Made by a program: the position numbers and the translations under genes. Of a DNA stretch of 40,432 bases, positions 1-10,153 are shown in pieces. Under the pieces are notes generated by a model. That model was given only the letters and a program-made list of their open reading frames with translations. It had not been told where the DNA came from and did no database searches. This DNA is from an uncultured Thermoleophilia bacterium (GTDB taxonomy: Bacteria; Actinomycetota; Thermoleophilia; UBA2241): the NCBI GenBank assembly GCA_963715985.1, contig CAVQSP010000001.1, positions 1-40,432 of the forward strand. Direction: 5' to 3'. The first letter of the stretch is position 1; each line of letters starts with the position of its first letter.

Positions 1-83
1 CAGAGCATCTCGACGGCGACCTCGACGGCTTCGTCCACTCGTATCTCGTGTGGCGCGCCGGCGGTAGCGAGCCGCGCAAGTGA
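1..83 (+). CDS. prfB: Peptide chain release factor 2, 3' end (partial)
   Basis: Frame from nt 3 reads ..LDGDLDGFVHSYLVWRAGGSEPRK*, matching the RF2 C-terminal 'LDGDLD.F..AYL' motif; TGA at 81-83 overlaps the next GTG. Confidence 0.7.
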   Translation, partial: EHLDGDLDGFVHSYLVWRAGGSEPRK

Positions 84-630
84 GCACCCCCGGTGGTCCG
101 CGGGCAGCCGCCGCCCCGCCGTACGGTCGATCCTCCCCAGGAGCTTCACGGCAGGCTCGCGTGCTGCGGCGAGCCCGCGCGGACGACGCACCGGCCCTGC
201 TTGCCATCATCGAGGAGCCTGAGGTGGCCGCCTGGTGGCGCCGGGCGGAGTGGGAGCGTCTCGACGAGCGCGACGCAGTGACGTTCGCGATCGAGTACGA
301 AGGTCGCATGGCCGGCTGCATCCAGTCGGCGAGGAGACCAACCCCGACTACTTCTCGGCGGCCGTGGACATCTTCGTCTCGGCCGCCGTGCACGGCGAGG
401 TGTGGGCACCGACGCCATGCGCACGCTCATAGCCTGGCTCATCGATGGTCGTGGTCACCACCGGCTCACCGTTGATCCCGCGCTCGCCAACGCCCGCGCC
501 ATCCACGTGTACGAGCGGCTCGGTTCCGCTCTGGGCGTGCTGCGTGGGTTCAGTCCGTCGATGGCGACACCTGGCGTGACGCCCTGCTCATGGAGTTGTG
601 GCCGTCGAGTTCGTCCGCGGGCAAGCGTGA
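80..630 (+). CDS. GNAT acetyltransferase, AAC(6')/RimJ-like (frameshifted in this assembly)
   Basis: Pieces in successive frames: LRRARADDAPALLAIIEEPEVAAWW..GCIQ / EETNPDYFSAAVDIFV / GTDAMRTLIAWLIDGRGHHRLTVDPALANARAIHVYERLG / WRDALLMEL..EFVRGQA*; TGA at 628-630. Confidence 0.75.
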
Positions 631-978
631 GGCCCGGCCCGCCCATCCGCGAAAGCTTCGTGCCCTTCCACGGGCTGCGCATGTGGTATCGCGTGGTCGG
701 CGAGGCGGAGGAAGCTGGGCGGCTGCCGCTCATGCTGGTGAATGGAGGTCCGGGGTTCCCGCACGACTACCTGGAGCCTCTCAAGGGGCTGGCTCGCGGG
801 CGTCAGGTGGTCTTCTACGACCAGCTGGGCTGCGGGCGCTCCGACCGCCCGAACGATCCGTCGCTGTGGTCGGTGGAGCTGCTCGAGGAGAGCTCGTACG
901 CGCCGCACCTGGAGGAGCCGGAGCGCTTCATCGCGGTGGTGCGGGTACCTGCGGAAGGTAGAGGAAGGGGCCGCGTGA
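627..978 (+). pseudogene. Proline iminopeptidase-family alpha/beta hydrolase remnant with large internal deletion
   Basis: N-terminal motifs (WYRVVG, NGGPG, YDQLGCGRSDRP..LW) join directly to the C-terminal EESSxxPHLEEPERF motif; no GxSxG nucleophile segment; likely C-terminus YLRKVEEGAA* ends at 978. Confidence 0.65.
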
Positions 979-2024
979 GCGGCGGGCCGCAGGATGCGGC
1001 CGCTCCCGCGGCCCCGTACCCCAAGATCGAGCTGCACGTGCACCTGGAGGCCACGGTCAAGCCGGCGCGCCTGCTGGAGATCGCGCGCCGCAACGACGTG
1101 CGCCTGCCGGCGAAGACGGAGGCCGGGTTGGAACGCTTCTACCGCTTCCGCGGCTTCGACCACTTCGTCCTGGTCTGGATCAAGACCACCCGGGCCCTGG
1201 TGCACGGGCGCGACTTCCGGCAGGTCGTCGTGGACTACGCCGGGGAGCTCGCCGCGCGCGGCTGCGTGTACGCCGAGGCGCTCTTCTCGCCCTCCGAGCC
1301 CATGGCGCGCGGCACGCCCTGGCAGGAGATCTTCGAGGGCTACTGCGACGGCGCCGACGAGGCCCGCGAGACGCACGGTGTGGACATCCGCTTCACCCCC
1401 GACATCACGCGGGACTTCCCCGTGGAGATCGCCGACCACCTCGTGGGGTGGGCGGTGCGCTTTCGTGAGCGGGGCGTGGTCGGCATAAGCCTGGGCGGCA
1501 GCGAGAACCGCTACCCACCGGAGCTCTTCGAGCGGCCGTTCGCGGCCGCCCGCGAGGGCGGTCTCAAGGCCGCACCGCACGCCGGCGAGCTCGCCGGGCC
1601 GGCGTCCGTGCGCGGCGCGCTCGACGTGCTGCACGCCGACCGCCTGCGGCACGGCGTGCGCGCGGCCGAGGACCCGGCGCTCCTCGCCGAGCTCGCCGGG
1701 CGCGGCATCGTCTGCGACGTGACGCCCATCAGTAACGTCCGGACCGGAGTCGTGCGCTCGCTCGCCGAGCACCCGCTGCCGCGGATGCTCGCCGCCGGCG
1801 TCGGCTGCTCGATCTCCAGCGACGATCCGGTGCTGATGGACACCGACCTCGACCGCGATTGCGCCGCGGCCCTGAGCCTGGGCCACACACCGCGCGGCAT
1901 GTTCGACCAGGCGCTCGCAGGCGCCTTCTGCGAGGCAGGTACGAAGGACCGGCTTCGCGAGCTGAGCCGGACCTACGACTGGGCCGCGGCGGGGGTTGGC
2001 CGCGGGCACACCCGGGCAGACTAG
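975..2024 (+). CDS. add: Adenosine/adenine deaminase
   Basis: PKIELHVHLE, HAGE, RLRHG and SSDDP metal/catalytic motifs; GTG at 975 overlaps the upstream TGA. Confidence 0.88.
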   Translation: MSGGPQDAAAPAAPYPKIELHVHLEATVKPARLLEIARRNDVRLPAKTEAGLERFYRFRGFDHFVLVWIKTTRALVHGRDFRQVVVDYAGELAARGCVYAEALFSPSEPMARGTPWQEIFEGYCDGADEARETHGVDIRFTPDITRDFPVEIADHLVGWAVRFRERGVVGISLGGSENRYPPELFERPFAAAREGGLKAAPHAGELAGPASVRGALDVLHADRLRHGVRAAEDPALLAELAGRGIVCDVTPISNVRTGVVRSLAEHPLPRMLAAGVGCSISSDDPVLMDTDLDRDCAAALSLGHTPRGMFDQALAGAFCEAGTKDRLRELSRTYDWAAAGVGRGHTRAD

Positions 2025-2055
2025 AGCCTGCCACTCCTGAGACCGGGAGGCTCCG

Positions 2056-3309
2056 TTGCCTCAGTCCCTCGCGAACCGGCTCCTCATCATCGCGGCCATC
2101 GCCTTCGGCGTGGCCGCGGTCTTCATGCCGCTGGAGGTCGTCGAGATCATCGGCGGCCCGTTCGTCGTCGCCGGGGCCTACTTCGGCGGCCGCCCCGGCG
2201 GGGTGCTGACGGCGCTGTGGGCCGTGTTGTGTGCCTCCGTCGCCTTCTTCGTCGTCGGCGACGCCGCCGTGGACGACTTCGTCGTCACCGTGGTCGGCTT
2301 CCTCATCCTCGGCATCGCCCTGGGCTACGGTGTGGAGCGCTTTCGCCGTCAGCACGAGGAACTGGAGAGCGCCATCCAGGCGCTGCGCGCCTATCAAGGA
2401 CAACTCTCGGTGAGCCAGAAGCGCTACCGTCTGCTGTTCGAGAGCACTCACGACGCGGTGTATCTTCACGGACTCGACGGCCACGGCGAGCCCACACGCT
2501 TCGTGGGCGTCAATGACTCCGCCTGCGAACGCCTCGGGTACACGCGCGAGGAGATCCTCGGCCTCCTGCCCCGGGCGCTCGACGCCGCGCCCCGGCCGGG
2601 ACAGCTGCGCGAGATCATGGCGCAGCTGATGAAGCACGACCAGGTGATGTACGAGACGGCGCTCCGGGCGAGGACCGGCGAGATCATCCAGGTCGAGGTG
2701 AGTTCGAGCCTCACGGAAGTGGACGGCGAGCTGATGGTCATCTCCATCGCCCGCGACATCTCCGAGCGCAAGGAGCACGAGTACGAGCTCCTGCAGCTGT
2801 CGCTCAGGGACCAGCTCACCGGGCTGCTCAATCGCCGCGGCTTTCTCGTCATGCTCTCCGAGCACCGCAAGCGGGCGCGACGCGACGGCCGGCCGGTCGT
2901 GGTGCTGTACGCCGACCTCGACGGGCTCAAGCAGATCAACGACGACTTAGGCCACGCCCGCGGCGACCAGGCCCTCGAGGCCGTCGCGCACGCGCTGACG
3001 CGCACGTTCCGCGAGTCTGACCTCCTCGCTCGCCTCGGCGGTGACGAGTTCTGTGTGGTGGCCCAGGCAGAGGCGCCGGCCGATCCGGACGCGCTGCTCG
3101 CACGTCTCGACGACGCACTTGCCGCAGCCGGCGCGCGCCTCGGCCTCGAGCTGAGCATGAGCTACGGACCGGTCGTCACTGACTGGCGCGGGCTGGAGGA
3201 TCCCGATGAGCTGCTCACGCGTGCCGATATGCTGATGTACAGGAACAAACGGAGCCGCCAGAATAGCAGGGCGGCCACTCCCGTCGCGGAGCCGCCGGAC
3301 CAGGGGTGA
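2056..3309 (+). CDS. Membrane-anchored PAS-GGDEF diguanylate cyclase
   Basis: Hydrophobic N-terminus, PAS (VNDSACERLGYTREE..ARDISERK), DQLTGLLNRR, RESD I-site and RLGGDEF. Confidence 0.9.
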   Translation: MPQSLANRLLIIAAIAFGVAAVFMPLEVVEIIGGPFVVAGAYFGGRPGGVLTALWAVLCASVAFFVVGDAAVDDFVVTVVGFLILGIALGYGVERFRRQHEELESAIQALRAYQGQLSVSQKRYRLLFESTHDAVYLHGLDGHGEPTRFVGVNDSACERLGYTREEILGLLPRALDAAPRPGQLREIMAQLMKHDQVMYETALRARTGEIIQVEVSSSLTEVDGELMVISIARDISERKEHEYELLQLSLRDQLTGLLNRRGFLVMLSEHRKRARRDGRPVVVLYADLDGLKQINDDLGHARGDQALEAVAHALTRTFRESDLLARLGGDEFCVVAQAEAPADPDALLARLDDALAAAGARLGLELSMSYGPVVTDWRGLEDPDELLTRADMLMYRNKRSRQNSRAATPVAEPPDQG

Positions 3310-3324
3310 CCAGCGGAGCGCGCG

Positions 3325-4320
3325 ATGGAGGTGGGTGTGACGGAGGGGAAGGGGCCGGGAGCGCCGCGCGACGGTCTGCACGTCGTGCTGGGTGCCCTGG
3401 GAGGCACCGGCGGAGCCATAGTCCGCGAGCTCATCGGGCAGGGCCGGCGCGTGCGCGCGGTCACGCGTCGCGGCGACGCCGGCATCTCCCAGACCCCGCT
3501 TCCGCCGGCCTCCTACGAGGACTGGGCTGCGGACCTCACCGATGAAGAGCAGCTGCGGCGCGCAGTCGCCGGCGCCTCGGTGGTCTATCACTGCGCCCGG
3601 CCCGTGTACACGCGCTGGTGGCAGGAGTTCCCGCCCCTCAACCGCGGCATCGTCGACGCGGTCACCTCAGCCGGGGCCAAGCTGGTGTACGCAGACAACC
3701 TCGCGATGTACGAGCCCGGGGCGAGTCCGCTCACCGAGCAGACGCCGGCGACGTCCACCACCAAGAAGGGCAGCCTGCGGGCTCGTCTGGCGGCGGAGCT
3801 CCTGGACGAGCACGAGAGCGGCCGCCTGCGTGTGGTCATCGGCCGCTCATCCGACTACTTCGGCCCGCGCGGGCTCAACTGCGCCGTGGGCAAGCGCTTC
3901 TTCGAGACCCTGCTGGCCGGCAAGAAGACGCAGTGGTACGGCTCGCTCGACCAGCCGCACACGCTGAGCTACCTGCCGGACCTCGCGCGGGCCTACGTGA
4001 TCCTGGGCACGCGGCCGGAGGCCGAGGGCGGCATCTGGCACACGCCCGCCGCCGCGCCTGTCACTGGCCGCGAGTTCATCTCGGCGGCCGCCGAGGCGGC
4101 CGGCGTCGAGCCGCAGCCGGCCATCCTCAGCGAGCGGAGCGTGACCTTCTACGGCTTGTTCGTACCGACCCTGCGCGAGTATCCCGAGCTGCTGTACCAG
4201 TGGGACAGCCCGTTCGTCAGCGACGCCTCCAGGTTCCAGGAGGCCTTCGGGCCGTTCGAGGTGACACCGTTCGACGAGGCCATCCCCGAGGCTATCGCCT
4301 GGTTTCGGACGCACGTGTAG
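3325..4320 (+). CDS. NAD-dependent epimerase/dehydratase family protein
   Basis: VLGALGGTG Rossmann motif, YADNLAMY, RSSDYFGP. Confidence 0.8.
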   Translation: MEVGVTEGKGPGAPRDGLHVVLGALGGTGGAIVRELIGQGRRVRAVTRRGDAGISQTPLPPASYEDWAADLTDEEQLRRAVAGASVVYHCARPVYTRWWQEFPPLNRGIVDAVTSAGAKLVYADNLAMYEPGASPLTEQTPATSTTKKGSLRARLAAELLDEHESGRLRVVIGRSSDYFGPRGLNCAVGKRFFETLLAGKKTQWYGSLDQPHTLSYLPDLARAYVILGTRPEAEGGIWHTPAAAPVTGREFISAAAEAAGVEPQPAILSERSVTFYGLFVPTLREYPELLYQWDSPFVSDASRFQEAFGPFEVTPFDEAIPEAIAWFRTHV

Positions 4321-4322
4321 GC

Positions 4323-4351
4323 TTGTCAGCGGAATCCAGACCTGATAAGGT
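4323..4351 (+). promoter_or_regulatory. Putative sigma70-type promoter for the helicase gene
   Basis: TTGTCA (4323-4328), 17 nt, TAAGGT (4346-4351). Confidence 0.45.
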
Positions 4352-4613
4352 GGGATTCCGCTCCACGGGAGCCGGTTCTCGCCTCGGCGCCGCGCGCCGG
4401 GCATTCCTCCCGCATCAGACCCCCAGACTCTGTGAAAACCGGACAGTGTTCTGAAGGAAAGGAACACAAGTCCGCAGCCAGTCTGGCCGTCCTGAGGGCG
4501 GCCCCCCACAAGGCGAACTCCCGCGCACCCCGCTCATCCCGGTCGAGCAGTCACGCCCGCCCGCGGATCGCGACGTCGTGCCTGGTGACGGGTCGCCGAG
4601 GAAGAGAGAGTCA

Positions 4614-6302
<1,689 letters not shown>

Positions 6303-6385
6303 GCGACGCAGACGGCTCAGCGAGCGGGGCGCCGAAGGTGCACCGCTCCCTGACCGACGCAGGTGGATCGACGCAGGCTAATCTC

Positions 6386-6420
6386 AAGGGGGCGGCGGCT
6401 GACAGGCCGCCGCCCCCTTT
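6386..6420 (+). terminator. Intrinsic terminator hairpin after the helicase gene
   Basis: AAGGGGGCGGCGGC-loop-GCCGCCGCCCCCTT inverted repeat ending in TTT. Confidence 0.7.
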
Positions 6421-6428
6421 GCTATACT
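6399..6428 (+). promoter_or_regulatory. Putative tRNA promoter
   Basis: CTGACA (6399-6404), 18 nt, TATACT (6423-6428), ending 13 nt before the tRNA. Confidence 0.55.
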
Positions 6429-6441
6429 GCCGTTCCTGCGT

Positions 6442-6517
6442 GGGCGACTAGCTCAGTTGGGAGAGCGCCAGCTCGACAAGCTGGAGGTCGTTGGTTCGAA
6501 ACCAACGTCGCCCACCA
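6442..6517 (+). tRNA. tRNA-Val(GAC)
   Basis: Acceptor GGGCGAC/GTCGCCC, D arm GCTC/GAGC, anticodon arm CCAGC-TCGACAA-GCTGG, T loop TTCGAAA, encoded CCA; 76 nt. Confidence 0.93.
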
Positions 6518-6776
6518 CGTATCTGCTCGGGCACACCGCTTCTCTGCCCAGATGCCCCTGCCGTGTCGCGCGGCCAAGTGAACCCGGTGCGGCCCAGAGC
6601 GCACATCCGAGACTGACACGCCACAGGGCCGCGTCGCGCAACGAGCAAGCGACGCCGCGGTCACCCAGGAGGACTCAGCGGCAGGCGCGAGGCGTAGCAG
6701 GCACCGTGGCCGCTGACGGCGCCCGGCCGTCGTTGCCTCGCCGGCCCAGGCGGACTTGCGCCGACGTCGTCTCCGC

Positions 6777-7600
6777 TCACCCCAGGGCGGCAGCCGGTTC
6801 GCTGATGAGGATCTCCCCCTTGCCGAGCCAGCAGGTGTCGCCGCTGAAGCGCCGGTGGAGGCCGCCCCATCCGCGCTCCGGTGCAGGCACGCCCCGCTTC
6901 TCCAGGTGGGCCGCGTACACGCGCAGGAACGTCGGCTCGTAGGTGCAGGCGTAGAGAAACGTCGGCAGAAGCTTGAGCGGCTCATACGCGATGATCGTGC
7001 CCCTGGCCATCCAGGCGCCGGCGCGGATGCCCGCCCTGCCGAGCAGGAAGAGGGTGCCGCCCTTCATCTGCATGCCGACGAAGTCGCCGACCCGACCGCC
7101 TATGCTGATGAGACCACGCAGCATGCGCATCCCTACCTCGATCCCGGCGTCGCCGTCGATAGGATCTCGCCACCCCGCATGCCCACGGTGCTGCCACGGT
7201 AGGCCGCGCCGACCTGCCCGCCGGCCCTGCCGTGGACGTGGATGAGACCGCCGGTCATCTCCGCGCCCAGCCAGTCCGCGGCGTCACCGTCGACGGTGAT
7301 GGTCCCGCCGCTCATCGACGCTCCGAGATGCATCCCCGCGTTGCCGTGCACGGCGATGCTGCCCTGCGTCATGCCCCGGCCGATCCACTTGACCTGGGCG
7401 AGGTCTCCGTGCAGTTCGAGAGACGCGCTCCTCTCGCCCTCCACCTCGAAGAAGTCCCCGAGGCGCCTCTGCCGATTACCCAGAAACACCGGCAGAGCCA
7501 AGATGTCCGCGTGTGTCAGACCGGCGATGACGTCGGGCGAGAGCGCCTCCGCTTCGAGCGGGGTCGCCAGATCCTCTTTGAGAGTCGCTACGACGCTCAC
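6777..7600 (-). CDS. fwdC: Formylmethanofuran dehydrogenase subunit C, copy 1 (one frameshift near 7150)
   Basis: PLEAEALSPD, RLGDFFEVEG, repeated GxxMxGGxIxVxG beta-helix units, GAAYRGSTVGMRGG, terminal FSGD..GKGEILI. Confidence 0.88.
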
Positions 7601-7674
7601 CTTGCCGTCACCTCGCTCATGTCCGCGCCGAGGACACCCTCGACAGCCGGATCCTGACTCGTCGCTCGCGCGCT

Positions 7675-8980
7675 TCACTGGCCCCGGGCGGCGGCCCTGA
7701 GCGCGACCTCTTTCAGGAGTCCGCCGCATGACTTCCTCGTCGGTCGGGTATGGCGACTTGAGCGACGGCCGCACGTGCAGAGGGACCTCATCCATGCGGT
7801 AGACGGTGCCGGGGGCGCTGATGCCCGTCACGGCGGTGGTGATGTGCACGCGAGCGAGCTCGGCTGGTGTGCGTGACCTTCGGGTCCAGGACGATCGTCG
7901 GCACCCGCGCGCATGTGGTCGATGGCCGGCTTGGGCATCGTCGCCCCGGGGTCCGCGGCGAGCACCAGCACGGCATCGACCTCGCCGCGGGTGAGCAAGT
8001 CGATGGTGGTGTACTCGCCGGGGTTGTAGCGCGGATAGCCGCGGCTGAAATCGACCCCGAACGGATAGCCCGTCAGCCAGCTCGTGACGGCATCGGCGCC
8101 GGTCACGTTGCCGTGACCGCGCAGCGGCATCGCCACGAAGCGGGTGTAGTCGTTCATCTCCACACCCAGCGTGAGTACGGCGGCCGCATTCATGTACTTG
8201 CCGCGGGTCATGGTCAGGCCCATCCCGAAGAACATCGCCCCATAACGGGCGCTCTTCATGCGGTCCGCCAGGTCCTGGAGCTGCTCCAGCGTGAGACCCG
8301 TCTCCTCGAGGCACTGCTGGTCGACGCGACGGCCCTTGATGAGCGCACGCAAAGCCGTGAGAGCCTCGAAATCCTTGCCCGGGCGGATCTGAAGGAAGAT
8401 GTCGGCGACGCGCGCACTCGGCGTGTTGCGGATGTCGACGAGGACGACCGTCCGCCCTTTGCGGCCCTCGGGCGTGTACTTGCCCTTTCGGCATCACGGA
8501 GTAGCGGGTGAAGTGGCGAGGATGGCACTCCGACGGATTGGCGCCCCAGAGGATGACCAGGTCGGCCCGATCCCTGATCTCGCCCAGCGTGGCTTTTGAC
8601 CTACCGCCCAACTGGGCGGCCATTTCGCTAGGGCCGTGTCACAAGGATGAATGGCTGTCGACCACCCCTCCGAGCCGCTCCGCGAGCAGCACCGCCTCGC
8701 GCTGGGTCTCGCACGTCGTATTGCTCAGGCCGTAGATGAGAGGGTAGTGAGCATCGACGAGGATGTCCGCCGCCGCCGCCACCGCGGTATCGAGATCGGC
8801 GGGCTGTCCGTCGATGAGCGCCGCCGGATAGTGCGCCTCGGCATCATGGTTCGTGAACCAAGCCCCACCCAACGCGCACGCGTGCTTGGCCTTGACGATG
8901 CGATCCCCCTCGGTCTGCACCTCGATGTCGTCGCAGACGCAGCCGCAGAACGTACACACGGCGTTGGTGACGGTAGCCAT
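7675..8980 (-). CDS. fwdB: Formylmethanofuran dehydrogenase subunit B, predicted selenoprotein (UGA at 8639-8641; several frameshifts downstream)
   Basis: CTFCGCVCDD..HAC Fe-S motif, SSL[UGA]HGPS, TLGEIRDRADLVILWGANP..HPRH..RYS, PLRGHGNVTG, WLTGYPFGVDFSRGYPRYNPGE, GTVYRMD. Confidence 0.9.
8600..8632 (-). promoter_or_regulatory. Bacterial SECIS-like hairpin
   Basis: 3' of the UGA: stem GCCGCCC/GGGCGGU with apical loop AGUU starting 25 nt after the UGA; lower CCUA/UAGG pairing possible. Confidence 0.7.
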
Positions 8981-9048
8981 TGCTTACTCCTCAGCCGATC
9001 GATTGACCGATGTTATCGAGCGCCCGCACGGGGCGCAGCCCTGAATGC

Positions 9049-9224
9049 TCAGCCCAGTGCCCCGCCGAGGAAGCTGCCGCGGACGCGGCGCGGAAGCCAC
9101 AGATCGTCTCCGATCTCCTCCCACGGCAAGACATCCTCGTCGCGGGTACCTTGCGGTTCGCGCCGGGCAGGTTGAATCTGGGCTGTGTGTCGTTGGAAGC
9201 CCTGGATGTCTCCACGATCGTCAC
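9049..9224 (-). CDS. Possible small hypothetical protein between fwdD and fwdB (would need one frameshift)
   Basis: AAGGAG upstream; pieces ..ETSRASNDTQPRFNLPGANRKV and RDEDVLPWEEIGDDLWLPRRVRGSFLGGALG*; no family recognised. Confidence 0.3.
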
Positions 9225-9249
9225 GCTCCTTCACTACGTCTCGGACCGG

Positions 9250-9600
9250 TCACTGGCCCCGGCTCGTCTGGCCGGTGGCGGGCTCGACCTCGACCTCCCA
9301 GTTCTTCTGCGATGGCATCCCCGTGCCGTCCGTGTCTCCGCCCATGAGCTGACACGTGGGCGGCCCGTAGGGGACGAAGACCATGCCGGACGGGAGATCG
9401 CCCTCCGCGCAGCTGTACACGGCCTCGCCCCATTCAGTGCGCACGCGGACCGGATCGCCGGGCGCGAGGCCCATGTCCGCGAGATCCTGCGGATTCATGT
9501 CCAGAGTGCTGACCACCGACAGGTACTCATCCCTGAGCTTGCCCATGTTCTCCTGCTGGCCCTGCTTGATCGTCCGTCCGGCGACGAACACACAATGCAT
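9250..9600 (-). CDS. fwdD: Formylmethanofuran dehydrogenase subunit D (molybdopterin dinucleotide-binding)
   Basis: AGRTIKQG, MNPQDLADMGL..GDPVRVRTEWGE, GMVFVPYGP, TDGTGMPSQK; AAGGAGG RBS before ATG at 9600. Confidence 0.88.
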   Translation of the reverse strand: MHCVFVAGRTIKQGQQENMGKLRDEYLSVVSTLDMNPQDLADMGLAPGDPVRVRTEWGEAVYSCAEGDLPSGMVFVPYGPPTCQLMGGDTDGTGMPSQKNWEVEVEPATGQTSRGQ

Positions 9601-9830
9601 ACGGTCCTCCTTCGCCCCGGGAGCGTATCGGGTCAGAGCTTCGTGCTGCGAGATCGCAGAATGATACAGCATCGTTGCCGGCGGCAGAGCAGTGACACCG
9701 GATCGCCGGACGTGGGCCCGGCCGACGCCTGCCGGGCAGGGGGTCGCCCTCCTCGAGGGTCTGTGGCCTGAAGCTAGGAACGGCCTCGATCGGGAGGATG
9801 CCATCCGCTATATTTCTCTATAGTAGACCA

Positions 9831-9859
9831 TTGACAGTCAAGAGCTGGCTCCATAGAGT
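9831..9859 (+). promoter_or_regulatory. Sigma70-type promoter of the main C1 operon
   Basis: TTGACA (9831-9836), 17 nt, TAGAGT (9854-9859), with an AT-rich stretch upstream. Confidence 0.65.
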
Positions 9860-10074
9860 CGCCGGCGCGATACGAAGGCTACCCCTGCGGAGGGGATGGT
9901 CTGGCTGTTCCGAAGTTGCCGCACCCTGACAGCCGGGCTGCCGAGATGGTATCGGTGGGCCGGCTTTCGCGTCTCCGAGACCGGTCTCGAGGCGGAACGG
10001 AGCGAGGAGGTGAGAGGCCTCCCGGCGCCGCGCCGGTCGACGGCCAGTTCGTCGCCAGTGAGCGGCTTCACGGG

Positions 10075-10090
10075 AAACAAACAAACAAAC
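10075..10090 (+). repeat. (AAAC)4 tandem repeat in the operon leader
   Basis: AAACAAACAAACAAAC in GC-rich DNA. Confidence 0.9.
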
Positions 10091-10105
10091 GGCAATGTCT
10101 GCGTC

Positions 10106-10129
10106 GTGCCTGTGATAGGCATTTCTTTT
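10106..10129 (+). terminator. Leader terminator/attenuator-like hairpin with U tract
   Basis: GTGCCTG-TGA-TAGGCAT followed by TTCTTTT, 25 nt before the first ATG. Confidence 0.45.
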
Positions 10130-10153
10130 CACCAAACGGAAGGAGGGTCAGGT

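Noticed and set aside
402-2024. 540-aa ORF that looks like a GNAT-peptidase-deaminase fusion
   Set aside because: GTGA start/stop overlaps at 627-630 and 975-978 mark three separate genes; the fusion results from frameshifts.
7133-8623. 496-aa ORF suggesting a FwdB-FwdC fusion
   Set aside because: The middle is out-of-frame text; FwdB motifs continue in other frames, and fwdC has its own GTG at 7600.
9601-9830. tRNA-Sec (selC) near the selenoprotein gene
   Set aside because: A CTTCA occurs on the minus strand but without cloverleaf arms or a T-loop motif.
9869-9960. Resemblance of the leader to c-di-GMP-I (GACAGCCGGGCTGCC), SAM-I, lysine or Moco riboswitches
   Set aside because: Only fragments match; core elements such as GCAAA and the GNRA loop of c-di-GMP-I are missing. 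Needs an Infernal scan.
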